This document shows positions 14,315 through 26,681 of a stretch of 64,000 nucleotides of DNA, piece after piece. A model generated the notes under the pieces. That model did not search any database and had not been told where the DNA came from. It saw only the letters and a program-made list of their open reading frames with translations. Source of the stretch: Lobosporangium transversale (taxonomy: Eukaryota); the NCBI RefSeq assembly GCF_002105155.1, contig NW_019028994.1, positions 310,001 to 374,000 of the forward strand. The letters run 5' to 3'. The number at the start of each line of letters is the position of its first letter. Within the stretch, counting starts at the first letter, position 1. Position numbers and translations under genes: made by a program.

Positions 14315-16048
14315 ATGAGTAAAGTCAGTTCACCCAACTCAGACCAAGAGGAGACTCTTACAAATAGTGATTCTAGTTTTGTTCAAGAGAAGACAGACGA
14401 AAGCTCGCCTAGCCTAGCCTACGAATCCGCGATACAGGACAATAAACTTGATCTGGATAAGGATGAGCGTTACGATACCCCATACCATAGTCGTCCTGTG
14501 TCTGTCGATACGTCGTCGACAGTTGAAGGTGAAGAAGATGGGGCTGTAATGGAGTCTGGATTCCGAGGCTATCTTATTGTCCTTGGATGTTTCTTGGTAA
14601 GAGACTTGACATGTTTTTTTTTTTTATAACGAAAAAACGATATCATTTTCCGTTTGTGGAGAAGCGCGTTTGATCCAGCAATACATGTTTGTCGCTGGTT
14701 AAAAACAAAGATTCGCTGAACATATACGTCCCAGACATGAAACTTTACAAGGGCTCTTTGCAGATCCGGTATTGATGGAATAACCTGTTGATCAGAGAAC
14801 TTCTTTTTCCTAAATATTTCTTTGTATACGAACTACATCCCTCTCTGGGGTTAATCTATTAGTCTAACTCGCTTCTTCCTCATTCCTGCTGACGATAATA
14901 ATACGGGTAACTTAGACCCTTATGACTGCAATCGGCTACGCCCTCATGTATGGCATTTTTCAGTCTCATTACACAGACATTTATGCCGCACAAGGTGCAG
15001 CCGCCTCTAGTGTCTCCATTGTCGGATCCCTGGCTGTTGGTTTCCAGTTTGGTTTCTGCATTATCGCCGGCCCCGTAATGAATCGCTTTGGTTACAAGGT
15101 CGTCCTCTGGTCTGGTAGCATCATCGGCTCACTGGGCTTGCTGCTTGCGTCATGGGGCACTAAACTTTGGCATCTATATCTTACCCAGGGCGTCATGTTC
15201 GGCATTGGCGTCTCACTTCTTAACCTCGCTGCGACTGCTATCCCTCCTCTGTGGTTCGAGAAGCGTCGTTCGCTCGCTATGGCCTTATCTACGGTTTTGT
15301 AATGCCTGCATTGATCAATACTGTAGGGCTTTATTGGGCCCTTCGCATGTTTGCAATCTTTCATTTTGTCTGCACAGCATTCGCTTCGATTGTGATGCGA
15401 GCACCTCGTCAGCTCTCAGGCCCACCGATTGAAGTCCGCAAGGATGCGATCAATCTTCAAATCCTCAAAAATCCACGCTTCATACTCTTGTTCATAAGCA
15501 CTGCTTTTTTCGGATTTGGATACATGATTCCATTCACTTATATCCCCTCCTACGCTAAGGATATTGTTAGCCTTGACCCAAATATCCAAGGTGCTCATTT
15601 AATATCTATAATGTCAGCCGCCAACGCTGTGGGTCTTATCACAGTAGGGTTCGCCGCTGATTACATAGGAGCCATCCGAGTGACCGCATTTATATTTGTG
15701 GCAGCTGGAGCATCTTGTTTCGTTTGGATGTTTTCGCATTCGTACGGTGCCCTTCTTGGGTTTTCTATCCTGTACGGCCTCTTCTCGGGTGGGTTCTTCA
15801 TTTTGGTGGCGTCAATTATAGCTAACATCATAGGTTTGGCTAATTTGGGATCTGGCTTGACAATTATCTTTCTGTTCAATACGCCCGGCAACTTGGTTAC
15901 TCTTCCTATTGCTGGCAAGATGGTGGAGTCCGCTGGTGGCTACAGGACGATGATTGGGTACAACGCAGCCATGTACTTCAGTGCGGCCCTATTTCTGTGC
16001 ATCCTAATGCTTTATAATCATCACACCAGTAGGGTTAATGCTGCTTGA
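14315..16048 (+). pseudogene. MFS monocarboxylate-porter (MCT/Mch-like) transporter with a frameshifting internal deletion near 15281; intron 14597-14915
   Basis: MCT motifs GFRGYLIVLGCFL, YGIFQSHY, LWHLYLTQGVMFGIG, WFEKRRSLAM, FGFGYMIPFTYIPSYA. The frame changes at GCTATG/GCCTTATC and the Gly-rich segment expected after KRRSLAM is absent. Confidence 0.8.
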
Positions 16049-16451
16049 CCAAAATAAAAAAGATTCCTTACTTATCCTAACCCTCAAGCTTACAACAAAA
16101 AAAAAAAAAAAAAAAAAAAAAATAGTATGTAGTAAAACCATCTCAATACCGCGTTCAACGCCATAATTGGACGCGAATTTTTTTTTTTTAGACATAAGCT
16201 CCTTTCACATGGAATATGCATGTATATGCGCTTCTTACCAAAAGTCACCCGTTTGAGGTTTATGATTCACAGGGACTACATGCATATTACTACATTTGGA
16301 GGATCAAAGGTTTGTAGTATGTCAACACAAGAGGGAATGTTGAAGAGCCTCTGTATGAAGACAGAGCAATAGGCCTTGCGGGCCGAAAAAGCAACTATAA
16401 TCATCACGCTCAATACAGAATGGTTATTACTTCCTCGTGTATGTAATATTC

Positions 16452-17714
16452 TTATCGGCATTTACTATTTAATGGCTCCCTTAGTTGTGAGGTCTGCATG
16501 AAATAACGTCCAAAACTACATTTGTCGCACATGCTGTATTTGAACTGATAGTCTTTGATCGATCTACAAGGTGCTGTTGCTGCTGTCAATGGTATCCTTT
16601 CTCTCAAAAGTACTACCTCCGAAGCTGTCTCTGCTTGGTCTTGATGAGGATTCGCTTGACTTGAAGAGACATTGAACTTGGGTGTCATGGATTGTTGCTA
16701 CAGTCTGTTTAGACGCCTCATACACGGCTAATGAAAGAGACTGCTCGCTTATAGCTCCTCGTTGCTCCAGGAGCTTCCTGTTGACTTCACTCAATCCAAC
16801 CACATCTTGAATACGCATATTACAAGCATTAAGAGCTGTTTGTATGGTACTCCATTTCAGCTGATGCTGATATTGGTCGTTCTCCTGCATAATCTACCAC
16901 ATCCGAATAGAACCATCTGCACATCCTGTGACCAGAAAGTAGCCTTCTTCATAGCTATTCCATACAAACGTTTCAACAGCTCCACCTTCTGGCAAGATTT
17001 CAACCAAATAATGGCCTGTCTCTGGATCCCACACTCGCACGGTGCTATCACAACTGCTTGAGGCAAGGTATTTTCCATCAGACGAATAAGATACCTCAGT
17101 GATAGTACCGGTATGCCCTTTAAGTGTATGTAGGACTAGTAGGAAGTAGACAAAGGCGATATACAAGCTGATGGATATCATTCAGATGAGCTCCAGGTCT
17201 TGGTAAGGTGTGCTTGATGGCCATTGGAGGGTCATTGTGATTGAATATATCCTTTGAAATAGTTACAATGGTATGTGCTGGTACTGTTTTAACTGTTCTA
17301 TCCGACTTGTCGTTACTGATTTCACTACTTCCTTGTCTGGCGTTTTTAATACTGCCGTTGTTATTGTTTTCTCGGATATATCCCCATTTCTCAGCTTTCT
17401 TCTCACGTCTTTGAGCGCCATTCGAATGACCCAGCTGTTCAAATAGACGAGCAAGCTCATGGTAGGCTGAGGTGATACTTTGGTGTAATACCATGTCTTC
17501 AATGGGGATTGAAGAGGCAGAGGAGTTTGAGGCGATGGACTTTTGCTTAGGCCTCTGAATCCGAGAAAGCACAGAGTCAGCATCGAGACAGAGCTCCAAT
17601 TATGTCGTTATCGTCGTCTATGGTGCGAGCGCCCTCGATGTAGAGCCTGAAGAGCCTCAGGGCCTGTGCTGGCGAGAGTATGCTTCTTGGGGGAGTTTTT
17701 GTAGCGCCAAACAT
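16452..17714 (-). pseudogene. NLR relic 2: N-terminal helical domain fused out of frame to the last WD40 repeat (internal deletion)
   Basis: Starts MFGATKTPPRSILSPAQALRLF, like the copy at 32811. Frameshift near 17600; deletion junction at 17133-17137; TAG at 16894-16896; further frameshifts in the tail. Confidence 0.9.
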
Positions 17715-17797
17715 GGAGTATTGTTTCCCTTTTTCTTCTTTGGGCTGTATAGACTATTCATTCCCGAGGAAGCAGAGTGGTAATGGTTGTTAGCTGT

Positions 17798-17813
17798 GAT
17801 ATTTATGAGCGGA
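17798..17813 (-). promoter_or_regulatory. Conserved core-promoter (TATA-like CATAAATA) element of NLR relic 2
   Basis: 16-bp TCCGCTCATAAATATC identical to 32897-32912; both lie about 85 nt upstream of the paralogous ATGs. Confidence 0.55.
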
Positions 17814-18077
17814 TGGCGCTCTTATTGTTAGTTCGGAGTGGATATCAGTCTTTTTACACTTTTTGATTCGACTGAGCACTTGACTGTGACGTGTGGTGAA
17901 GAGAGTCAAGAACAGGAAGGAGAGATGCCATTTATTTATTTTGTTTCTTTCAGGAACTCCTTTCCATCTGTCTCTCTTCCTCTCTTCTTTGTCTTCATCC
18001 TCACTTCTTCAGTCCTCTTGTCAGACACATTCATTCGTATACATCTTTGTGGACACTTTATAGTCATTTAATCAACC

Positions 18078-19205
18078 ATGTTGACCACTTCATTTCTGCA
18101 ATTGCATACAGCAATGTATGAATGGAATAAAGAATGCCCACAGGATCTCAAGAGGGACCTTGACGTGTTCTTTGGTTCGAAAGAGTTCCTCGATAGACCC
18201 GATGTCTTTTACAAAGGTGTGCCATCTTGTCTTTTTACACTATTGAATAGTTGGAGTTTTGGTAATTTTTCTTTTCTCTTTCTTTCTTTACAAATAAATA
18301 ACAAATATTTATATATATTTCATAGGCATGGAGGATTCCTCTCAAAAATGGGTTGCTTTGATTTCAATGACTGGCTTAGAAGAGACAAGGGCGATGTTAT
18401 CAAGGGTATTGGAGTACGACTTTACACAACTGCATGAGGCACGGAATGGAACATTTTCAAAAATCTCTGCTGCGCCTCGAATGCCATTGGCGGCGGCGTA
18501 TAATAAATTCCTCAAGGATCTTGTCAGGGACAACAAAGCGCTCAAGAGACAACACAAGATCACGGGCTGGACTCGAGAATTGGATCGAGCTACAGAGATG
18601 ATTATGTTGGGGCCCAAAAATGATGCGACAACAACAACAACAACAACAGCAACAAGTCAAAGAGAGGATCCTACAAAAGTCAAGCCTCGACTTTTGACCC
18701 CATTAGAATATGCAGCAGCACAACATGGCATGTGGTTTATCTCGGTGGATATTGAATCATTTGAGTTTGATCACTCCAAGATCCTAGAGATTGGATGGTC
18801 GATTCATGACTCGAGGCTCAACAAAATGTTCGATAAACATTATGCGATTTCAGAATACCGTCATCTCAAGAATGGGAAATATGTAGCGGATCGACGAGAT
18901 CGCTTCATATTTGGACAGACCATCTGGGCAAGTTTACAGGATGCGATCGCAGTCTTCCAAGAGGATTTGACAAAGGCCACCAAGAGGAATCCTGAGGGAG
19001 TCTTTGCGTTGATTGCTCATGACATGTCGAGCGATGAGGGTTATTTGCGGAAGATGGGCGTTATCTTCCCAGAGAAGATGGTGAAATTTGATACATTGCA
19101 TTTGAATGGTGCTAGAGCCAAAGATGCAACCATGACTGGATTAGGCAGATTATTGGATGAATTGGACATTGAAAACTATTCTCTCCATAATGCAGGTAAA
19201 AGAAG

Positions 19206-19239
<34 letters not shown>

Positions 19240-19410
19240 GGTTCTTCTTTCATAACTTGCTCTTATTGTCCTTTCGATATAAACTCATTCTTCGTCTTCT
19301 TTCTTCCTTTAGGAAATGATGCCCATTATACAATGGAATTGTTCCTTTGGCTTGTCCGAAATCATGAGGCACAAAAGGTTGCTGCGGCCCAAGAGAATTT
19401 GCCAAATTAA
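18078..19410 (+). CDS. Gfd2/YDR514C/QIP-like DEDDh 3'-5' exonuclease; introns 18217-18325 and 19196-19312
   Basis: Motifs FISVDIESFE..ILEIGWS, ALIAHD..SD, FDT and LHNAG|NDAHYT. Canonical GT-AG introns restore the motifs. Confidence 0.85.
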
Positions 19411-19837
19411 ATGATTAAAAAAAAAGCAGCGAAGGACATTGTACTTTATTCTTTTTTTTTTTTTTTCTTTTTTTTTTCTTCTTCTTCTTCTTTACTTTTC
19501 TTTTCATACTCTTTTATCTTTCTGCTATTCCTTCCTTTCTGTGTTTGTAAAAAAAGAAAAGAAAAGAATACTTGTATCTTTACCAATGTTACGAACAAGA
19601 AGCGAAAAATTGCATATACATTCATACAAAGCCGATACATCAAAAGTTTTCTATTACGAGAAATATGTAGTGAGTGAACTCAATAAAAAAAAATAAAAAA
19701 AAATGAAATTGCTTTATGCTTGTACATGCATATGCCATTCAAATCTCTGTTTTTTTTTATTTTTATTTTTATTTTTATTTTTATTTTTATTTTTATTTTT
19801 TGGAAGGGAAAGAGATGGATATTTGTTCAATGTTAAG

Positions 19838-19873
<36 letters not shown>

Positions 19874-20039
19874 TAGACTCTGATACTTGTCTTTCCTGTG
19901 AGGTTTGGTAAGGAAGAAGGAGCCCCTGGGGAGACGACAGAACTGTAATCTCTGTTGGCTATTGCGTCCTTATCTCTTACCTCATTACCATCACTGCTAT
20001 CACCATCACCGTCCTGTCACTGCTCATACCACCTCTCAA

Positions 20040-20580
20040 CCTTACTCACAAGTTCTTCGATCCAGAACTGATGTTCATTATCAAATGAGCATCCCCAAGC
20101 ACCTCCCAATCCCCTACGATCCGGATATGGACACTGAGACAGATTAACCCTCCTCTAGTGCAGATGTGATCGTGAATGGATGCCATTAAAAACATAAAGA
20201 TATCTGGACAATTCAGAAAGACATATTGCCCAGCTTTAGCTCGGAAGTAGAAACATGAAAATATACCGCTATTACTATTGCTATGATTATTGTTAATGAT
20301 TATTACTATAATTACTCTCGTCCAACGTGCAACCCGTTGAAGAAGAAAAAAAAAGAAAAAAAGTTCGCGTTTGGATTTGAACTTGGATCACTTTTTGATA
20401 GATAAAGTACAATCTTGGTAATAGGGCTTTTCCTTGTTGGATATCGGGTCCAGATCTCTCGCGTTCGCTCCAAGAGTTAGGCCACCAAGGAACTCAAGGT
20501 GGATTTGTAGGGACTAGGAGAGGATTTGCAATAGGTGTAAGTCTCTGCATGAAAGAAGCAGAATGCACCGGGATACACCG
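20040..20580 (-). pseudogene. NADPH oxidase (Nox/gp91phox family) pseudogene fragment
   Basis: Minus strand across stops and frameshifts: PGAFCFFHAETYTYC..LLERTREI..ITKIVLYLSK/VIQVQIQ .. FRAKAGQYVFLNCPDI / WHPFTITSALEE* / LSVHIRIVGDW / GCSFD. This is the FAD-binding signature of Nox enzymes. Confidence 0.85.
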
Positions 20581-21276
20581 ATCGTATATCGCTAATGAGA
20601 TATAAAAGATTAGAGTCTGGAAAAGACACCAAAAGAATAATAATAATAATAAAAAATCCGATGTCCTAATGTTATACCACATTCATAAAAAAAAGATAAA
20701 TAAAAGAAATGCTTCATTTCTATCTTTATTTTTTTTATTTTTGCGCCTATAAACCCACTCAGCAGCTTCTTGATATTAAGATTTTTATGTTTGGTTTGAT
20801 GAAAATAGGATCTTAGGCTCCTCTTCGTTACTCCTTTCCCCGTCATAAAACCCTCTGTTGCCAGCCAGCTATTTTAAGAGATGTTTACCATGAAGCTACA
20901 AAATCAAGTATGAGGTCTGATCTGCTTCCTTGAATTAACTACTTGGACTAAAGCTTTAGCTTTGAGCAAATATGTAATATCGGACATTGAATTCCTATAC
21001 GCGTTCTATTTTTTTTTTTTTTCTTTTGTGGCAAAATATGTAGCCAAGACACGCGACGTGACGCGATACGACATGCATAAATGTAGCAATTTTTTTTATT
21101 GTTTAATGGCTGTATAAATATTGTGCAGTGAGGCAATGTAATATACAATATAGAATGAGATCTTGAACAAAGAAAGAAGTAAGGGACTTGAATTAAAATA
21201 AAATAAAAATAATAAAATAAAAAAGATAATAGAAAAAAAAGCTTCTAAAAAATAAAAATTATATATTTTACAATTT

Positions 21277-24200
21277 CTACATGGTAGTACTTCGCTGCAA
21301 TATTTCACGCTCGGATGCCATGGACGATACGGGACTACTATTCCCACCAGCGGTACTACTATCATCATCACCACTACTACGTCCACCCTTCCCAGATCGC
21401 CTTCGGCGGTTCGACCGTGCTAGACGAGCCTTCACAGAATCGATCAACTGTTCACGCTGTTCTCCAAATCTCCAAACTTTGAGCAATGACCCGATTTCCT
21501 GGATTCGACTAATGGATGCAGCTGCTATAGCAATCGATTTTGGTGTAACAGCATTGCTGCTGCTGCCACCGCTACTGCCACCACCTCCATTGCTGAGATT
21601 AACATTGATACTTTTCTTTTGAGGACTATTCGACAAAGATAACACAGTGCTCGCGCTATTACTGATGACGCTGTCCCGCCTATGGCGTGAGAGAAAAGTC
21701 GAGGCAGATGAGCAAGTTGACTCGAAGGAGGAACGTGTTGTTGCCATGTCGCTTTCACTATACTGACTCTGACTCTGACCATGCGGATGAGCTGCCGAAT
21801 TGAGTGCGCTCAACATCTCTTCAATCAACTGAAGAGCATCATCAAGAACATATGCCTCACTCATCACTAGACTTATCTCTAGCAGCACTGCCACAATTGG
21901 TCGCATTCCCAATCGGATGGCTTGGAAAAGTACATGCTGATTCTTGGGATGGGCTGGTGGGTATGGATCATCATACTCCAGAGTGGTTTCCAATTGAACG
22001 CCACAGTCCACAACTAGCCATCGTATCAACTCTGCTAGTTTCTTGAGGGTTTCTTCCTTGGCTTCCTCTTCGGATGTCAAAATTATATTTCCTGAATTCA
22101 TCAACTCTGGTTGGGTAGAAGATAAAGATTCGTTATTGTCAACAACAGTGCTATTTCTGGTCAGGTTTTGTCCATTGGATGAGCTGCCTGAAGATAAGGT
22201 AGAGATTGTAGACATTCTTCGATTGTGGCCTCCAAATTGCCCAAGCATGGCTAGTCCTGAGCTAGCTGCAGCAGGTAATCCATTACGGTTGGCTGTAGAT
22301 GATGATGGCGTGTTCTCGAATGTTGTCAAGTCCACGGCTGCTAGTCGATCAATGCTCTTACTCTTGAGTAAGATTTGGATCACGCCTTCATGTCGTTTCG
22401 TTAGTGCGTTCACATCCGCTCCAGCATCGACCAATATCTTGAGTGCTGCTGCAGGGTCCTGGTTATAGTGCGCTACAAAATGCAGAGCCGTCCACTGATT
22501 GTTATCCCGCGCATTCACATCGATTCCGCGGGTCAAGAGCAGCATCATGGCATCCAAATGGGGTTTCTCGCTCGCACTTAACAAGTGAAGAGCTGTCCAC
22601 ATGACTGGTCCCTTTGCATCTAGATCAGCTCCAGAGTCCAATAGTAGGCGCATGGATTCCAAAGGTGATGACTTTGCTCTTTCGGCCAAATAATGTAGCG
22701 GTGTTTGACGGGCAGAGCTGACTGCATTCGGGTTAGCTCCTCGATCTAGTAAGAACTGGAGCACAGCAGGTGGTGGTGGGTTAGGTCGCGAGCAGAGATG
22801 ATGGAGGATTGTCTGTTTCGTCTTTTGATCGAATGCATTGATTTCTGCGCCACGGTTGATCAAGAGCTCCAGAGCTGGGATACTAGGGACCTGCTGTGGG
22901 TTCTCTATATCAGTCACAGCAGCAATTAATGGTGTATGGTCCGTGAGAGGGTCTCGCTGATTGACAGAGATACCTTGAGAGAGTAATGAGTTGATGCTCT
23001 TGGTGTCACCCTTGGCTGCTGCTTCCCAGATATGGAGTGCTTTACGTTTTGGCGATGCTGGAGGTGAATTGAGAGACATGTCGAGTGCTTTGCGAAGGAT
23101 TGATGTGCGTTTCTTAATTTGATTAGGTGACTTTGGTGTCAGTGGCTCAATCAGTGATCTTGAACTATAACCATTGTTTTCAAGGGTCGGCGTACTAGAC
23201 TCTAAATAGAGAGATAAAAAAAAAAAAAAAAAAAAAAAAAGACAGACAGACCAGATCAGACCAGATCAGATCAGAGCACTTAAAAATATATAACTTTAGT
23301 TGCATATTTGTGAGCTCAAGGGAAATTGTTCTACCCTACCTGCAATGACAGAGGGTGTGGTGACGACTGAGATCAGTGAGATGGGCTTTTTGGCATTCAA
23401 CTGAATACCGGTCGTTCCTTTGCTAATAGGCTCACGCACATGTAGATCAAAGGATGTGTTGGCCATTTCTTTCAGTTGTGATCGAATAACTAACAAACCG
23501 GGCCGTTGAGCAGGATCACGCGAGCATATCTTTCGGATAAGTGACTCTAATGCTGCAGGTAGTGCTAATGTTCCTTGTGATGTTGAGAGGGTCGGGATTG
23601 GTGAAGATCTTCCTGAGGCTGCTGCTGCTCTCTCGCGAAACTGAAGAGAATTCTCTGTTGAGGCAGAGGATGAGGTCAGGAATTGACTAGCGAGGGATCG
23701 ATGGCCGGTCAGGATCTCTAGCATGATGACACCAAAAGAATAAATATCGGATGCAGTTGTACATGGGTTCAATTCTGGATTGGCCCGTCGCTCTGGAGCG
23801 GTGTAGATGAGACCCTTTTCATAAACACCTCCTGAATGGATCCATCTAGTTCCGGATTTAGGAGAGGTGACTGGTAATGATGCAGAACTTGGGTCTGTAA
23901 CGGGCTCTGGTCCGCGTGTGGAACGCGAGATTTGGCCGAAATCTGTAAGGACAGCGATAGGGCCAGTAGGGCCCTTTTCGACTAGGACGTTGTCGCTATG
24001 CAAGTTCATGTGCAAGAGCCCGCGCTCATGCAGATGCAGCAATCCGCTAGCAACCCCTCGAATCAGGCGAACCTTATCCATCCAGTCTAACGCTTTTCCC
24101 TGAGGAGATTTTAGATATTCGTGCAGCGTTCCATGAGCCGCGGGTTTAGTCACGATCCAATCCCGCGCAGCAACGCGTTGTGGGGAGGCAGGAGTAGTAG

Positions 24201-24945
24201 TGTTTGAAGAAAGAGAGAGGGTGGAGATGGTGTTTGTCACTAGGCCAAAAGAACTTGTTCTTCTGGACCAACTACCGTGGTTATTTCTACTATTGGTTTC
24301 GTTCCTGGGTGAATTGAGGGTGGATGAGGAGGCAGAGGGATGTTCGCGTGCAGCGCCGATGAAGACAACAAGGTTAGGTGCCTGAGGTACATCGCGCAAT
24401 TTGCTAAAGGCATGCAACAGGTCGCGAAAGTCTGCAGCATGGCGACAACACTTTAGGACAACGGGTTTGTATTCTGGATCGTCTGATGAGGCGTTGGCAG
24501 GTGGGGTGGATGTGGATGTGGATGACAGGGTGGTGTGGACAGATGCAGTGGAGGTCTGCGCAGGTGTGATCAGGGTGCCTCCATAAACCTCTGAATACTC
24601 TGTAGCCTTTATGAGTGGATGTTTTATTATCTATGGAAAGATCAGGGCCAAGGACAGGAGAAAGCATGAGGCCATAAGACTGATTAGTTTTTCTGTAGTA
24701 GCTAAAGCAAGCCTGTGTATAAGAGAGAGAAAGAGAGAGAGTGTGGTGTATTTGTGTCAAACTTGATCATGTCCTGCAGGACAAGAATAAAAAGAAGAGC
24801 CGACAGAATGGACACAGCCCAGAGCGAGAATGATTCGGACGCGGTAAAAGGTACAGATGTGCATGGAGGAGAAGATATGTTTTCGCTGACAAAAGAGTTG
24901 GTCGCTGCTTACATTGTTAAAGTCGATAGTAGGGACCATAGTCAT
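21277..24945 (-). CDS. Protein-kinase-like (probable pseudokinase) plus ankyrin-repeat fusion protein; exons 24945-24913, 24630-23340, 23201-21277
   Basis: Two GT-AG introns join MTMVPTIDFNN to IIKHPL..VVLK..GLLHLHERGLLHMNLHSDNVL..DFG..YTAPE..SDIYSFGVIMLE. The product continues in frame into about 6-7 ankyrin repeats (TPLHYL, GANPNA, TALHLL, GADVNA). Confidence 0.85.
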
Positions 24946-25031
24946 GGTGGAGTGTGAAGCAGTAAAAAATTGAAACAATGGATGACAATAACTAGACTAG
25001 GCTTAAAAAAGTAGTGGAGAGAATGAAGACT

Positions 25032-25034
<3 letters not shown>

Positions 25035-25094
<60 letters not shown>
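25035..25094. repeat. (AG)30 microsatellite in the divergent promoter/5' region
   Basis: Direct reading of the sequence. Confidence 0.95.
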
Positions 25095-25099
<5 letters not shown>

Positions 25100-25690
25100 A
25101 AAGTAAAAAAAGAAGAAGTGATGGCGTAGAGGAAGGAAGGGAATGAGAGCGAGTAGAGGAATGGAGAGGAATGAAGAGGGATGAAGAGGAATGAAAGAGG
25201 AGAAGAGGAAAAGAAGAATTTTATTTTTCCCATGTCTATTTTCCAATTCACCTTGTTCTTTGTTCTGTTAACCTGACGATGGTATTTGGTATTTGGTATT
25301 TGAGATATGGTATTTTAAATAGCAGATGGCATATGGTGCATGGGCATATGGAGTTATAATGTGGTCATCATCCAAAGCAACTCCTTTTGTCAATAGCGTA
25401 GCGTTGCATTACCCGGTGTTTGTAATGGTTATGTTGCTTCTGTTGCTTCTGTTGCTTCTGTTTTCTAGTTCAATGTCGTACACACCCATTTCATTACATT
25501 CAACAAAACTGTTTTTCCCTCAGAGACGGTTGTGTCTGTGTCTGTGCCTTTTTCTACTTTTGGACTGCACAGTCACTTTGTTCTTCTCTTTTTCCCTAGC
25601 CCAGCTCACTTTGCACGTTCCATTGTTTTTACTTTACTTCTTACCTTTTACTTTTACCTTTGCTTTGTTCTTGTTCTTGTTCTTGTAGTC

Positions 25691-26086
25691 ATGGCTGCCA
25701 AAGATAGCACAAAGAGCACTCTCTACATCGGTAATAACAATAACAATAACACAATCTCGCATTTCATAACTGACTTGACTGCACTCGACCTACAAAATTA
25801 ATTAGTAATGTGGAAATAAAAAAAAAACCACTCCCACCAAAGCACACCAAAGCACACCAATGCAATTCAAACCGAACAAGAAAAAGCAACCACAACTGAC
25901 CAATCTACTTTAACTTTTATTCGCTTTCCTTCGTCTACCTGGTCTACTCTGCAGGTGGTTTGGATGAGCAAGTGACTCCACAGATTCTGCATTCTGCATT
26001 TATTCCTTTTGGTGAGATCACTCACATTGAAATCCCTCCTGATCCCACTTCAAGTAAGTACTTTCCATAATAAAAAAAAATACGCG

Positions 26087-26118
<32 letters not shown>

Positions 26119-26491
26119 TTTATTTTTATTTTTTTTATTTTTATTAACCTTTGTTGTTGCTGCTGCTTTATTTCTTATCCTTATCATAGCGGCCCCCCAT
26201 CGTGGATTCGGATTCGTCGAGTTTGATTTGCCTGCGGACGCAAAGGCTGCTCAGGATAATATGCATCTGTCAGAGTTATTCGGAAGAACTATCAAAGTTA
26301 ATCTTGCCAAACCATTGAGAGGGACAGGAACAGGACCAGGTGGAATCGGTCGTGGACCTGAAAAAGCCATCTGGGCTGACGAGGATTGGTTAAAAAGAAA
26401 TGTCCTTGGTGATGATCCAGTAGCAGATACCCAAGCACAGGACAGCTCATCATCATCAACCGTACCCACCGTAGGACCATCAACATCATAA
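25691..26491 (+). CDS. Single-RRM protein homologous to the RRM of cyclophilin E (Cyp33/PPIE), no PPIase domain; 3 coding exons
   Basis: Spliced [26 protein letters not shown]..|[45 protein letters not shown]; stop at 26491. Confidence 0.85.
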
Positions 26492-26681
26492 AAATAAATA
26501 ATAATACAAATGTTAATTATATCCATACAATAATATCGCAGAACTATTGGTACACAGCCACTGTGATACAGTCATAAGTTGTTACAGTTTATACAAGAAA
26601 AATATGTTGACATTTAAACAACGGATATTCATCTTCAACTCATATTGACCCTATCATGTCTTACCAAGCATCCCTTCAACC

